A DNA stretch of 63,246 bases, filler included, from Craspedostauros australis (lineage: Eukaryota): NCBI GenBank assembly GCA_030167865.1. It is 5 parts of 5 records of this genome, joined end to end, with 100 filler letters (N's around TTAATTAATTAA, not from the genome) between each part and the next. Parts side by side here need not be neighbours in the genome. Positions count along the whole stretch, not along the records: positions 1 to 26,515 come from JALAGF010004929.1; 4 more parts are not named here. One strand, written 5' to 3'. The notes below the pieces were generated by a model. That model was given only the letters and a program-made list of their open reading frames with translations. It had not been told where the DNA came from and searched no databases. Positions 1-10,455 of the stretch are shown here, piece by piece; the stretch's first letter is position 1, and every line of letters begins with the position of its first letter. Made by a program: the position numbers and the translations under genes.

Positions 1-1586
1 GCGGTCGTCACCATGCCAACAGATTTGCACACAGAGCAATCTACTCCAAGTCACACACTGCCAAGCCGATTCAAAGCTACAGTGCTGATGCCAGCCGATC
101 CAAGTTTCTGGAAGAGGCGATCTACGAAGAGCACATGGCGAACAAGGCAGAGGGAAATGGTGAGAAGCCGCGAGGACCATGGGTGCTGCGCGCTTCCATC
201 GACCGTCCCGTATCACGCTATCGTTCTCATCTCTTCATGAGTTGCACTCTCGCCATTGCGCCAAAGCTACAGTCGAGGCCCTCACCAAGTCCCAGGAGGA
301 GTGATCACTCACTGTTGGAGCAACAAATGCCAGGGTCACCATCCATGCCGATCTTCGAAGCGAGCAGTGCCAGCATGGCGGAAAGACAAGAACCGACGAG
401 CCAGCCCAGTCCAAGCATCCAGAGAGCTTGACGAGCAAAAGAAGAAACCAACCAGCAACACTGTGCAGAGTGCGAGTGCCGTATTGCGGATCATGGTTGA
501 CACAGAGTTCCAAAAGGCACAAGAAGCACACGGCCAGCAATCCATGGCCCATGAGCACCGTATACCCATATGTCCTCCTTTGTGGTGCTCCCAACTTCGT
601 TGATGAGGCGGAGGTTCCTGTCGATCACCTCTGTTGAGCATCGATGCTCTGGGAGTCACGAGCCAAGACGATGGCGCTCGTGCCTCTGGATAGAACACGC
701 ATGGAATTGTATGTTGGTGGTCCGTGTGGCAGGAACAGTGGAGGCGTCACGGTATCACTCCGCCTGTTGATTGCTGAACGTGTCAACTCATCCCAATACA
801 CAATGTGATGTTGGTTGGATGTTGAGGACTCTTGTTGTTCGCGCGGATGGTGATGGTTGCAATGTGGTGGGATGGCAACCAGCCAAGTCCCAATGAGATG
901 TGTCGCAACCAACAGAGGCAACCAACAAAGGCAACCAACAAAGGCAGTCACATTGGTGGTTTCATCGCTGTTCAAGGCATTGGTTCACATCTCAAATTGG
1001 TGCTTGCGATGGCAGGCGGACAAGGGTCAGCGGTCTTGCAGATGCCACGATAACACAAGCAAGCGTGGGCCATGGTGCACATGGTGGTGGCGGCGGTGGT
1101 GGCCACGATGACAGCTCTCTCTGTTTCCGAAGACTTTGACGTTGTTTGCTTCGGATTGGTGTTGCGTTGATTGTGGCCAAACGAGAACTCTGTTGTGGTG
1201 CTTCTTTCTTGTTGTTGGTCGCACGCATTTTCGTGATGGATGGGAACAGAAAGATCCAATCCGCGCGAACCAGACGCGTTTGATCAAAAGGAGACAAACA
1301 CAGGCAAACAGAAGGAGGAGACCATGCGAACAAGACAACAGCACACACACCACCCAACCCCACACTCAACCGCGTGAACAACAGACATCGAATTGCCACT
1401 CATATTCATCACACAGCGTATGGTACTCATACTCATACTAATACAAGCTGTTGCATACACAAACATCGATATCTCTTNCATAGGCAGCTCCGACCACAGA
1501 CATCCTCGACAGCCAATCCAACGTAAATCGTCCAACGTCCAACGTCCAACGTCTATCGTCCAGCAACCATCCACCACACTCTCAAA

Positions 1587-3494
1587 ATGCCGAGTGTTAC
1601 GAACCAACAACTCATTGATGCTGCCATAGCAGGTGACTTGTCAGTGTTGAAGGAGTGGAAGAAGCAGAACAAGACGCAGAATGAAGGAGATGGTGTCCAC
1701 TGCAAAACCAACACTGGTTTGACTCCCCTTCATTGGGCATGCTACAACGGCCACCTGGAGTGTGTCAAGTACCTCATCGAATCATGTGAGGCGGACATCA
1801 ACTGCAAAAACAACGGTGGTGACACTCCCCTTCATCTGGCATGCTACAACGGCCACCTGGAGTGTGTCAAGTACCTCATCGAATCATGTGAGGCGGACAT
1901 CAACTGCAAAAACAACAATGGCAACACTCCCCTTCATCGGGCATGCTGGAACGGCCACCTGGAGTGTGTCAAGTACCTCATCGAATCATGTGAGGCGGAC
2001 ATCAGCTGCAAAAACAACGATGGTTGCACTCCCCTTCATCTGGCATGCTGGAACGGCCACCTGGAGTGTGCCAAGTACCTCATCGAATCATGTGAGGCGG
2101 ACATCAGCTGCAAAACCCCCGATGGTTGGACTCCCCTTCATCTGGCATGCTCCAAAGGCCACCTGGAGTGTGTTGCGTACCTCGTTGCATCAGCCAATGC
2201 CGATGTCGACATCCAAAACAACGACAACAAAACCCCCCTCAATTTGATCGATGCAACACTTCAAATCAAGATGATAAAACGTCTCGATCATCTGAGTCAC
2301 CGCAACTCACAACTGCAGGAGGAGAACGAACACCTGGAACAGCAGCTGAAACGGGAGAAGGAAGCGAAGAGGCAGAATGAGCAGGAGAACGAACAACTGA
2401 AACAGCTGTTGGAACAGAAGGAGCAAGAGAAGACACAGAAGGAGCAAGAGAATGAACAACTGAAACAGCAGTTGGGACGAGAGGAGGAAGAGAAGAAGCA
2501 GAATGAGCAAGAGAACGAACAACTGAAACAGCAGTTGGAACAGAAGGAGCAAGAGAAGACACAGAAGGAGGAAGAGAATGAACAACTGAAACAGCAATTG
2601 GAACGGAAGGAGGAATCAATGCAGTGCTTGCTCTCGAAAAGTCAACAGGAGAATGAACAACTGAAGCGGAAGTTGAAACGACATCTCAAGATCAGCATCG
2701 ACCAAGATCGTTGCGCCGCTGTTCATGCTGAGGCCATCGCAGACGTTACGTTTCTGTGCGGACAAGGGGACGACCAACAATCAATCAAGGCAAACTCCGG
2801 AGTCCTCATGATCACTGTCCCATCCATTCAGACACTGATCAACTCTGGAATCCAACATCAATGCGCTCACGATGGTGCCCATGATGGCGCTCAAGATAGA
2901 ACTGAACCCATCCAAACAACCGTCCCTCTTCCCAACCTTCAACCAAAACACGTCCGATACGTCCTCCAATACATCTACAGAGGTGAGATATCCTTCAACA
3001 ACAACACTCATGACTTCGCTGGCGATGATGACGCAAACCAGCCAACTCCCACCCTCACGGGACAGGATGATCTGCAACAGCTGATCCTTGTGGCCAACGA
3101 GTTCGGCTTCTGGCGACTCAAGCTTGTTCTTGAAGCAGAGTTGGCCCGCAAGCATCTCACAGAAGACACCATGATAGATATGTTGATATTCGCCCATCAA
3201 CACAACTGTGTGGTGTTGAAGGATGCAGCAATGAGAATGGCAGCAGAGAGAGAGAAAGATATGTTCACTCATCCAGATTTCAGCAAGCTGATTCCACACC
3301 ATCAACTGATGGGAGGCATTCATGTCCTCCGCAGTGGGGGAGCGGAGAGTGATGGTATTGATGGTGAGTACAGTCACATGTCCATGGTGGAGTTGTACAA
3401 GGTTGTCGATGAGGATGAGGGTACAGCACAAATGGATTCATACATGGATCGGGCGACACTGGTGGACTTCGTCCGCTCTATGAGAACCAATTGA
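1587..3494 (+). CDS. Ankyrin-repeat / coiled-coil / BTB-POZ domain protein (635 aa, intronless)
   Basis: Five GxTPLHxACxxGHLECVKYL ankyrin repeats. E/Q/K-rich heptad region follows. C-terminal BTB-like motifs: ADVTFLCG...VLQYIY...LILVANEFGFWRLKLVLE...LIFAHQHNCVVLKDAAM. Confidence 0.9.
   Translation: MPSVTNQQLIDAAIAGDLSVLKEWKKQNKTQNEGDGVHCKTNTGLTPLHWACYNGHLECVKYLIESCEADINCKNNGGDTPLHLACYNGHLECVKYLIESCEADINCKNNNGNTPLHRACWNGHLECVKYLIESCEADISCKNNDGCTPLHLACWNGHLECAKYLIESCEADISCKTPDGWTPLHLACSKGHLECVAYLVASANADVDIQNNDNKTPLNLIDATLQIKMIKRLDHLSHRNSQLQEENEHLEQQLKREKEAKRQNEQENEQLKQLLEQKEQEKTQKEQENEQLKQQLGREEEEKKQNEQENEQLKQQLEQKEQEKTQKEEENEQLKQQLERKEESMQCLLSKSQQENEQLKRKLKRHLKISIDQDRCAAVHAEAIADVTFLCGQGDDQQSIKANSGVLMITVPSIQTLINSGIQHQCAHDGAHDGAQDRTEPIQTTVPLPNLQPKHVRYVLQYIYRGEISFNNNTHDFAGDDDANQPTPTLTGQDDLQQLILVANEFGFWRLKLVLEAELARKHLTEDTMIDMLIFAHQHNCVVLKDAAMRMAAEREKDMFTHPDFSKLIPHHQLMGGIHVLRSGGAESDGIDGEYSHMSMVELYKVVDEDEGTAQMDSYMDRATLVDFVRSMRTN
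1698..2207 (+). repeat. Five tandem 102-bp (34-aa) ankyrin units, near-identical at DNA level
   Basis: Units start at 1698, 1800, 1902, 2004 and 2106. The block ggccacctggagtgtgtcaagtacctcatcgaatcatgtgaggcggacatc is identical in units 1-3 and has one change in unit 4. Confidence 0.95.
2322..2675 (+). repeat. 63-bp (21-aa, three-heptad) coiled-coil tandem repeat with alternating A/B units
   Basis: ENE(H/Q)L units at 2322, 2385, 2448, 2511, 2574 and 2649. Units 2 and 4 (EQKEQEKTQKE) match each other, as do units 1 and 3 (...QNEQ). Confidence 0.9.
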
Positions 3495-5142
3495 TCCAAA
3501 GGGATTGAGGCGGACGGCACTGCTGAGGAAGAGGAGTGAAGTGCCATACCATACTATCACAGAAGTCTTCGAGAAGCGACCGCATGACGGATTTGAGTTG
3601 ATGGATAAACCTAGTCGTCAGAATAGTCATTAGGATAGAATCTGTGTGAAAGGAGCTGGAGCAACTTGAGATCCAATCATTCAATGGTGCGTCCGGCATG
3701 CCTTCACCGTCGCCTTTGGTGATGTGCACAGCATGCTGCTCCATGCACTCCCGTATCGTTCACAGCACGGTCTGGCTGGGCCGCGAGATACGCATAATCT
3801 TCTGTGAATGAATTGCAGATGATCCCGGTTGGCGTAAGGCACGTTGCTGTGCAGCATCATTGGCCAATGCGACATGAAGAAGATGGTTCAGCCACCACTG
3901 TCATCGCCGTGATCGTTGTTGCCGATCATATGGTTTCCGCATTTGTTTGTTTCGTTGGTGTGGAAGGAGTTGTGTGGGAAGCTATGGTGGACCCTGCGGG
4001 CGTCATGCATGGCTTGTTGGACTCGAATCCAACTTGACGAGGTGGAGCGTATTGCGACAGTTAGCTTGTTGTTGTTGTTGGTGCTGCTGCTGCTGCAGTT
4101 TGTGCATGATGTCGCGCAAGGCACGCATGTATGCCAGCAGCTGCATGGTTTTCGATAGGTATGGCCGACAAAGATGACGAGCAATGGGAGAAGTTGCCAA
4201 CGTCATTGCACACGATTTCTTTGATCTGTGGATGGGACGGCACAGTACCTCTGTCTCATCATGTGCGGTTTGTGGTGGCGACGTATCGCTTCGAGCATCG
4301 GTATGAACAGGCGTGGCTGGTTGTGGTGCGTGTAGTGGGGACTGAGGAACATCTCCAAACTGATGGCTCTGCAGGTCTCGGAAGAAGTTGCTGAGTCCGA
4401 TCTCACAGATGCACCCGTTCAACATGTGCTGGATCTCCGTTTCTGATGACGCATAGGACATCTGTGTGAGTGGATGCTGATACTGATGACTTGAATCCAG
4501 ACCGCACCATGGGCCATGACATGTCTTGCCATGGCTGTTGGTTCTGTTGTTGGCGCTGCGATTGCCCATGTCCCAAGATCTTCTCTACTCCGGAGCAGTC
4601 GGTTTGATATCTTCCTTTCTGGTGTTGTTGAGCGATGCGACAAGTTTGAGATGGCTGTTCATCACCGCTCGCCATTCATCATTGGCATCATCATTGGCAT
4701 CATCATCGGCATCATCATCGTCTCTCGCCATGGTCGCCTTCATCGATGCTGGTTGGCGTGCCATACTTTGCGCAGCCGCCGCTTGCTTGATTACTTCATT
4801 GCTGTGTTGCTTCGCTGATTGTTGCTTGACGGACAATGTCTAAGTGTTGGCTGATACCTCCATCAATGTAAACATAGTCATGCCATTTCGTCTCTCTCCC
4901 TCTCTCTTTCTCTCTTTCTCTCTTGTGTTGTGTTGATGTTGTTTGATGGATTGCCGCGCGGGGTCGGAGATTCGTTGTTTTGGGTGGTGTCAAGAATTGT
5001 TGGCTTGTTTGGTGAGCACTCGTCTGTCTGCCATCCGTAGTTCAATCTGTCAGCATCACCTCATAAATCCTCTCTCTCCTCACATCACACTGTCACAATC
5101 AACTTCATGCGCAACCTGCACAGAACGGAAAATGCAACAAGC

Positions 5143-5235
5143 TGTTAAAATAGCGCGCTGCGGAATCGAACCACGGAGCCAGTCCACGCCCTGCATGAAC
5201 ACAAGAAATTAACGCTTATAACCCATGTCGCGACA
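5143..5235 (-). repeat. 3' LTR of the TRIM (93 bp)
   Basis: tgttaaaatagcgc...catgtcgcgaca, identical to 5408-5500. Confidence 0.92.
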
Positions 5236-5249
5236 CCCTCCCTAATTCT
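5236..5249 (-). promoter_or_regulatory. Polypurine tract of the TRIM
   Basis: Minus strand AGAATTAGGGAGGG directly abutting the 3' LTR. Confidence 0.8.
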
Positions 5250-5393
5250 TGGATTCATGCCCTTGAGCCCCCCATTCATGAGGACCCCCCACACTCTATC
5301 TTTATACTGCCGCTGTAGGCAGTCGGCAAGTTTCGGGTGTTTCTGTGTGTTTTTTGTAGCAGGGGTGGGTACCAGCCGACGGAATCGAACCTT

Positions 5394-5407
5394 AGGCCAC
5401 GCTACCA
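5394..5407 (-). promoter_or_regulatory. Primer-binding site of the TRIM (probably initiator tRNA-Met)
   Basis: Minus strand TGGTAGCGTGGCCT immediately after the LTR-ending CA. It is complementary to a tRNA ending CCACGCT-A-CCA. U72 implies an A1:U72 pair as in eukaryotic initiator tRNAs (inference). Confidence 0.75.
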
Positions 5408-5500
5408 TGTTAAAATAGCGCGCTGCGGAATCGAACCACGGAGCCAGTCCACGCCCTGCATGAACACAAGAAATTAACGCTTATAACCCATGTCGCGACA
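5408..5500 (-). repeat. 5' LTR of the TRIM (93 bp)
   Basis: Identical to 5143-5235. Confidence 0.92.
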
Positions 5501-6587
5501 ACAAGCCACCAAGCGATGACATGCCGAACACAAGCCAACAGCGTCCGTGAATGATGAGGTGTTTGATGGATCGTATCAGTGCTCGCCGAGCAAGAGAGCA
5601 ACAGCCACTAAACTTTAGGATGGTGTATATAAACAATATGAAATGCCACAATGCCAAGATGAGTACAGGAAGATGTATACGAGCTTAGTCCGGAGAGCTT
5701 GACTTTGGTTGATGCTGTTGTTGTCCTGTTTTTGTTCGGGACTTAAGTAGAAAGTGTACTACGATCTACACAGCAGTTTATGTGATCCAAACATATCCAA
5801 AAATCGCCTGTTCGTTCGAGGTGCTGGGCCGTGGACCAGTTTTTGAAATCCAGTTGTAATCCAGATCTCGACCCCAGCTTGACTTTCACTCTGCCTTGTT
5901 CTCGGTTCTGCCGCCGTTCATGGTCGGAGAGGTTGTGCCTAGCCCATGTCCCAATCAACACATGCTTCCTTCCATCCATATGCCCAATCTATTCTGCAGC
6001 CTCGTCCTCGCTTCAGGTCTTTTCCCTGCCTGTGTGTTTGGGCCTCCTCTGCTTGTCGTCGCCAACAGCCACCGTTGGCTTCTAACTGTTGTTCGTCTGC
6101 TCTCCTCTCGGCCTTTTTATTTCGGTGCCAAGGCACCTGAAAGCGCTCGAATCACAACACGAGAAACAAGGGAAACAACGCTGTCGTCACCAGCCTCTTG
6201 CCGCGCCATGCCATCAGCTCAGCAGATGACCATGGCGTCCCATGTCCAAGGGGAGCAAAATAGGTTACGCAGGACTTTGTATCAGCGAACTTAAGGTTAG
6301 TGCAAGACTATTTTGCAATATAATGCGAGCTATGTGGACGGAGGAGATTGGCTGGTTGTACTGTATGTGCTTCTGTGAACGCGCTATAACATGTATTGCA
6401 TCATTTATGGAATAGACTGTTCATTCTTCAATCCTCAGACTTCGATGACATCCCTCATCCCATGGTCGAGGATGGTGCCAAAGCCTAGTAAGAGGCCAAC
6501 ATCTGACTCCATTGCTGCTCAGGAGCTGGATGCACGAGTATCCATACTCGTTGAGTGGTCTCATTTGGAGCTCTTCGACGACTTGGT

Positions 6588-9500
6588 TCAGTTGAATGAG
6601 TTGAATGTCTTGAGAAACTTCGTCTTGCTCTTCTTTGATGGCTCGGGCGAATTGGATGATTTCGTCCCCTTCATGCTGCGCATGTGAGATGGTTGGGAGG
6701 AAGGGAAGGACGACAGCATGGATGACGGCGTGGATGACGGTGCGGATGACGGCATCTTCGAGTTGCCGTTGCAGAATTCCAGTGAACCCATGAAGTACTC
6801 ATAGAAACCACCGTAGATACAAGGAGGATAATCACCGACAACATCGCTCGCCATTCCTGCAAAGATAGTGAATGGGCAATTGTCGCAATCAAGCCAGTCT
6901 GGAGGGATGGGAAAGATGTTGAACAGTTCGTCCTCCCCTGCGCTCGTTAGTGTATCGATACGGATGGAGATCACGTCGTCGCTTTGGGACAAAGCCAAAG
7001 GTTGGTCGAATGGAATCACGTCTGTGAATTCACCATTACCTCTGGCCTCGATCGTTCCCGATGCAATTTCTGTCCAATTCCCAGGTGCATCCCAAGTACT
7101 TGGACGGTAGAAGATTGCGAAATTTTGGTTCCCCGTCGATGGCAGGACAAGCCTCATGCCTGTGATGTCGACACTACCCTGAATCTGAATGTCGTGTCGC
7201 ACTGAAGCGACCGTGTCGTCAAAGAAGCCTCTTGGGAGACCTGCTGTTTTTGCGTCGCGGCAGGTGTCTGTTGGTGCCTGTGTGGGGCCTGTGGATGGTT
7301 GGGTTGTTGGCGATGTTGTCATAGTGGGGGAAGCAGATCCAGTTGGCATGGCGGTGCCCGAATCCTGACAGAATTCGAGGATGCCGAAGAAGTAGAGGAA
7401 CTCATCGCTGAAATTGGGCGGGTTGTTTCCAACCTCGAGGCTACCTTGTCCGGCGAATACCTCGAATGGGCAGTCTTGGCACTTGAAACTTTCTTCTGGG
7501 ATCACATCCGGCGATGGCCAGGAAGAAGTCTCCAACCTGTCGGCCATGTCAATGCGGAAGGATATAATGTCATCATCCGCGGACACCACCACAGGCTGAT
7601 CAAATATGAGGGAAGGGGTGAAGCCAGACGAGTCCGTTTCTCCGTTGTTTCCTGATGCAATCTGAGTCCAGGTGCCATCGGCATCCCAGGTGCTTGGACG
7701 GAAGAAGATCGTGTATGGCATGTTGGTGAATCCAGCAGCCACGGCGACCTTGATGGCGGTGAATTCGATGCTGTCCAGTATGCGAACATCGAATCTGAAT
7801 GACTCAGTGTCCTCAAATGAGCGACATTCGACGATCGGTTTGGCCTCCCATGTGTCGCAACTTCCGGTTGGGACAGACGAGGGGGTCACACTCGGAACAT
7901 TCGATGGGGCTGATGACATTGATGGTGCCACAGAAACGGATGGTGTCGCGGTTGGCGATTGACTGAAATCCAGTTTCACGCTCACCGTCGCACACATGGG
8001 TGTGGCAGAGCCATCATCGATGTTGGATACCGAAATAACGATCCCATCCAACAAAGACGACTGGGCATCAATTCTGTACGATGGTTCTGCCATGTTCAGG
8101 ATGGCCTCCAGATCAGAGGGTCGAATCTCGGTAGTGCTGTAGTCTTGTGCCCTTGTCACGAGGACCTGATCCCTGCCCAGTGGAGAATCGGCGTTGAAGC
8201 CGATGGCTCTGTTGAAGGCGATGTAGTAGTTCAATTCACTCTCAGGATCGTCAATTCGGATGATGACGTCGAAGCTGGTGTCAGCGGGGTCATAATCGAC
8301 CACTCCGCAGAGCCTTCCCTCAAAGTCGATGTCTTGACCTCCGGTGAGCGATGTGGTCTGATCGGAGTACCACCCCATCACCCAGCTCTTGGCGCCTATG
8401 TGTGGTGGAGGGGCAGGCACATGGGTAATGGTATTGAAGGGGTTGGTTTGCAGCATGGGCAGGAGGGTGTGAAATGATTTGGCGCGGACGCAAAGAACGA
8501 AACGATGGAGAAGGGAATGATTGGTGAGACAGCGTACGTAGAGTGTCGCATCGCATCGTATGTGATGAGGTGACACGACTCCTCCTGCAGCGGAGTCATT
8601 TGGGCCCTTGCTCTCCACAAGGCGATGGCGCCGTAGCACTTACCGTTGTACCCTCTCTTATTGATCAGAGTTTCATTACCGAATGGACCGAAAACTGTTC
8701 CGCCCATTGCGCCGCTGCGGAATAATAGTCGATGTTGGGGTCGGAATCCATTCACCGTAGGACGTCAACAACGAGGAAGAGGATACACGAAGACGGGTTA
8801 GATGGGCTTCGAACGATAAACAGGTTTCCTCTCATGCGATGACGACCAGAACATGGCAGACGCGTCCAATGTGCTCTCTCTGGAGCTTGATTGTGTTCGT
8901 TCTTGTGTCCGGTCGTCCATCCGTCCACAAAGATTGATACAGAATGTCACAGATCGCCTCCAACCTCTCTCTCTGTCTCTGCTGGCGCATTGACTGCGCT
9001 TACCTGGAATCTCCGTACGTCACCCCGTTCCGATTGGAAGGGTCAAGCCCGAAGTTGTGACTGAGTTCATGGACGATGAAGTGTAGGTTGGCCGCCCAGT
9101 GCATGACTGGATACTCTTCGATACCGTTGTACATGCTGATCTTATCGCTGAAATAAGAGTACGCTGTGAATCAGTGGTGTGTCAGTTACATCGGTGCGCA
9201 CGTTGATAATCGAGAGAGTTTGATTCGCACGGAAGAAAAATGGTATTGCACGATGGAGTGAGATGGGTAAGATAGGAGTATGAGCATGGGCCGAGCTCAT
9301 CGCGATATCAGTGCGTAATGTTGACACGGAAGATACAAGTTGTGTGGTCCTTGTCGGCACTCACAGATCCAATCAGGTCCACAGTCACTCAACCCGAACG
9401 GGACCAGGATCAAGAAGAAATCAAAGTCATCATAGATCTTGACCTCCTGCTTCAGATATTGTGAGATGAGATTATCAACTGTTGTTGCCTCGAGAGTGGT

Positions 9501-10455
9501 GGGATCAACATCAGGGGGAAACTCGATTGTCAAAATCCCATCATCTGTCCCATTCGTCGGCATGGGGGAGAGCCTCAGCTTGTCAAAAGACATGGCCGCG
9601 AACTGGTCGGTGAAGTTGGGCTGAGCGCCGAAGATCTTGTCTTTGATGAGGGACTTGGGAACTGCGTAGTTGGTTTGGAAGACGACCTGGATGAAGAGGA
9701 ACTTCTTGTCGCCAGAACCAAAGACATCAGGAGTGGTCAGAGAACGACCATGTCCATGCCCATCGCTTTGCTCGCTTGGTTGACGATTCTCGATCTTCAT
9801 GTCATTGACGGTCGTCAAGTCCGGCAGCTTCAAGGAGAAGTCGGTGACATCGATGATGACATTCTCCAGAAACAACGTGGACTTGGAAGAGGAAAATGGC
9901 CATGCATGGTTGACGGCGGCCCATTCCGGCGTCAGCCCTTTGATGGCCAAATGCACAGGCCCATGTTCTTCCTCATCAGAGCCTTGGAGCATGCAAGATA
10001 AGTCAGTTGCATCCGTTCCGTCGGCAGCGCCAATGATCCGTGCCGAGACGAGGCATGGCTCCTGTAGGATACTGTGTTCGCCCGAGGCAGCGTCATGCGT
10101 CTGAATTGAGTTCGATCCAGTTGTTGGTTGTGTGATGAAGGACGTGACACGACGTGATGTGATGTGACACGTCGTGATGTAGAATATGATATTGTATAAT
10201 GCAAGGTGCAGAATCATGGTTGAGTTGAGGATGAGGTCATTGAATTGAATGCACGTACGCGTATGTCTGTGGATGCGGATGCGGCAAGGCGAGAATGCCA
10301 GCAAAGAAGGAGCCCCCACGCGTCGAGACAACAGTGATAGGTGCCATCTTGCTCGTACTCACCGTCAACTTTGGCACCGGGGATGCCACTGCTGTAGCGG
10401 CAAGCGCCGCAAGCACCACAGCAGCAAGGATTGGTTGGTAGAAGTGAGAATGCAT
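6588..10455 (-). CDS. Secreted peptidase M11 (gametolysin-like metzincin) with two C-terminal repeated domains; exons 10455-10363, 10100-9365, 9163-9004, 8714-8644, 8395-6588 (955 aa)
   Basis: Signal peptide MHSHFYQPILAAVVLAALAATAVA. Four GT..AG introns with consistent phases. The spliced product reads WISYSYFSDKISMYNG, HELSHNFGLDPS, YGDSSGAMG (Met-turn), YNGAKSWVMGWY and YYIAFNRAIGFN. PS/PT-rich linkers follow. Confidence 0.85.

Larger units (their letters stand above)
5143..5500 (-). mobile_element. Complete non-autonomous miniature LTR retrotransposon (TRIM-like), 358 bp
   Basis: Two identical 93-bp direct repeats with TG...CA ends. On the minus strand a TGG-starting PBS follows the 5' LTR and a polypurine tract precedes the 3' LTR. 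ACAAGC is duplicated at 5137-5142 and 5501-5506. The 172-bp interior has no retroelement coding capacity. Confidence 0.9.

Noticed and set aside
1..1140. Possible membrane-protein relic on the minus strand
   Set aside because: Only short broken ORFs with weak hydrophobic segments; family not identifiable.
1698..2207. Diversity-generating retroelement target
   Set aside because: No separate template repeat or DGR-type reverse transcriptase. Variation is not confined to adenines (e.g. tgg/ctg/cgg).
3500..4836. Possible decayed minus-strand gene (ORFs 4585-4836 and 4003-4569 are in frame across one stop)
   Set aside because: No recognisable domain, so a product call cannot be supported.
5143..5500. 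tRNA genes suggested by GGTTCGATTCC motifs
   Set aside because: No complete cloverleaf (no matching acceptor 5' strand, D-arm or anticodon arm). The motifs lie within an LTR element.
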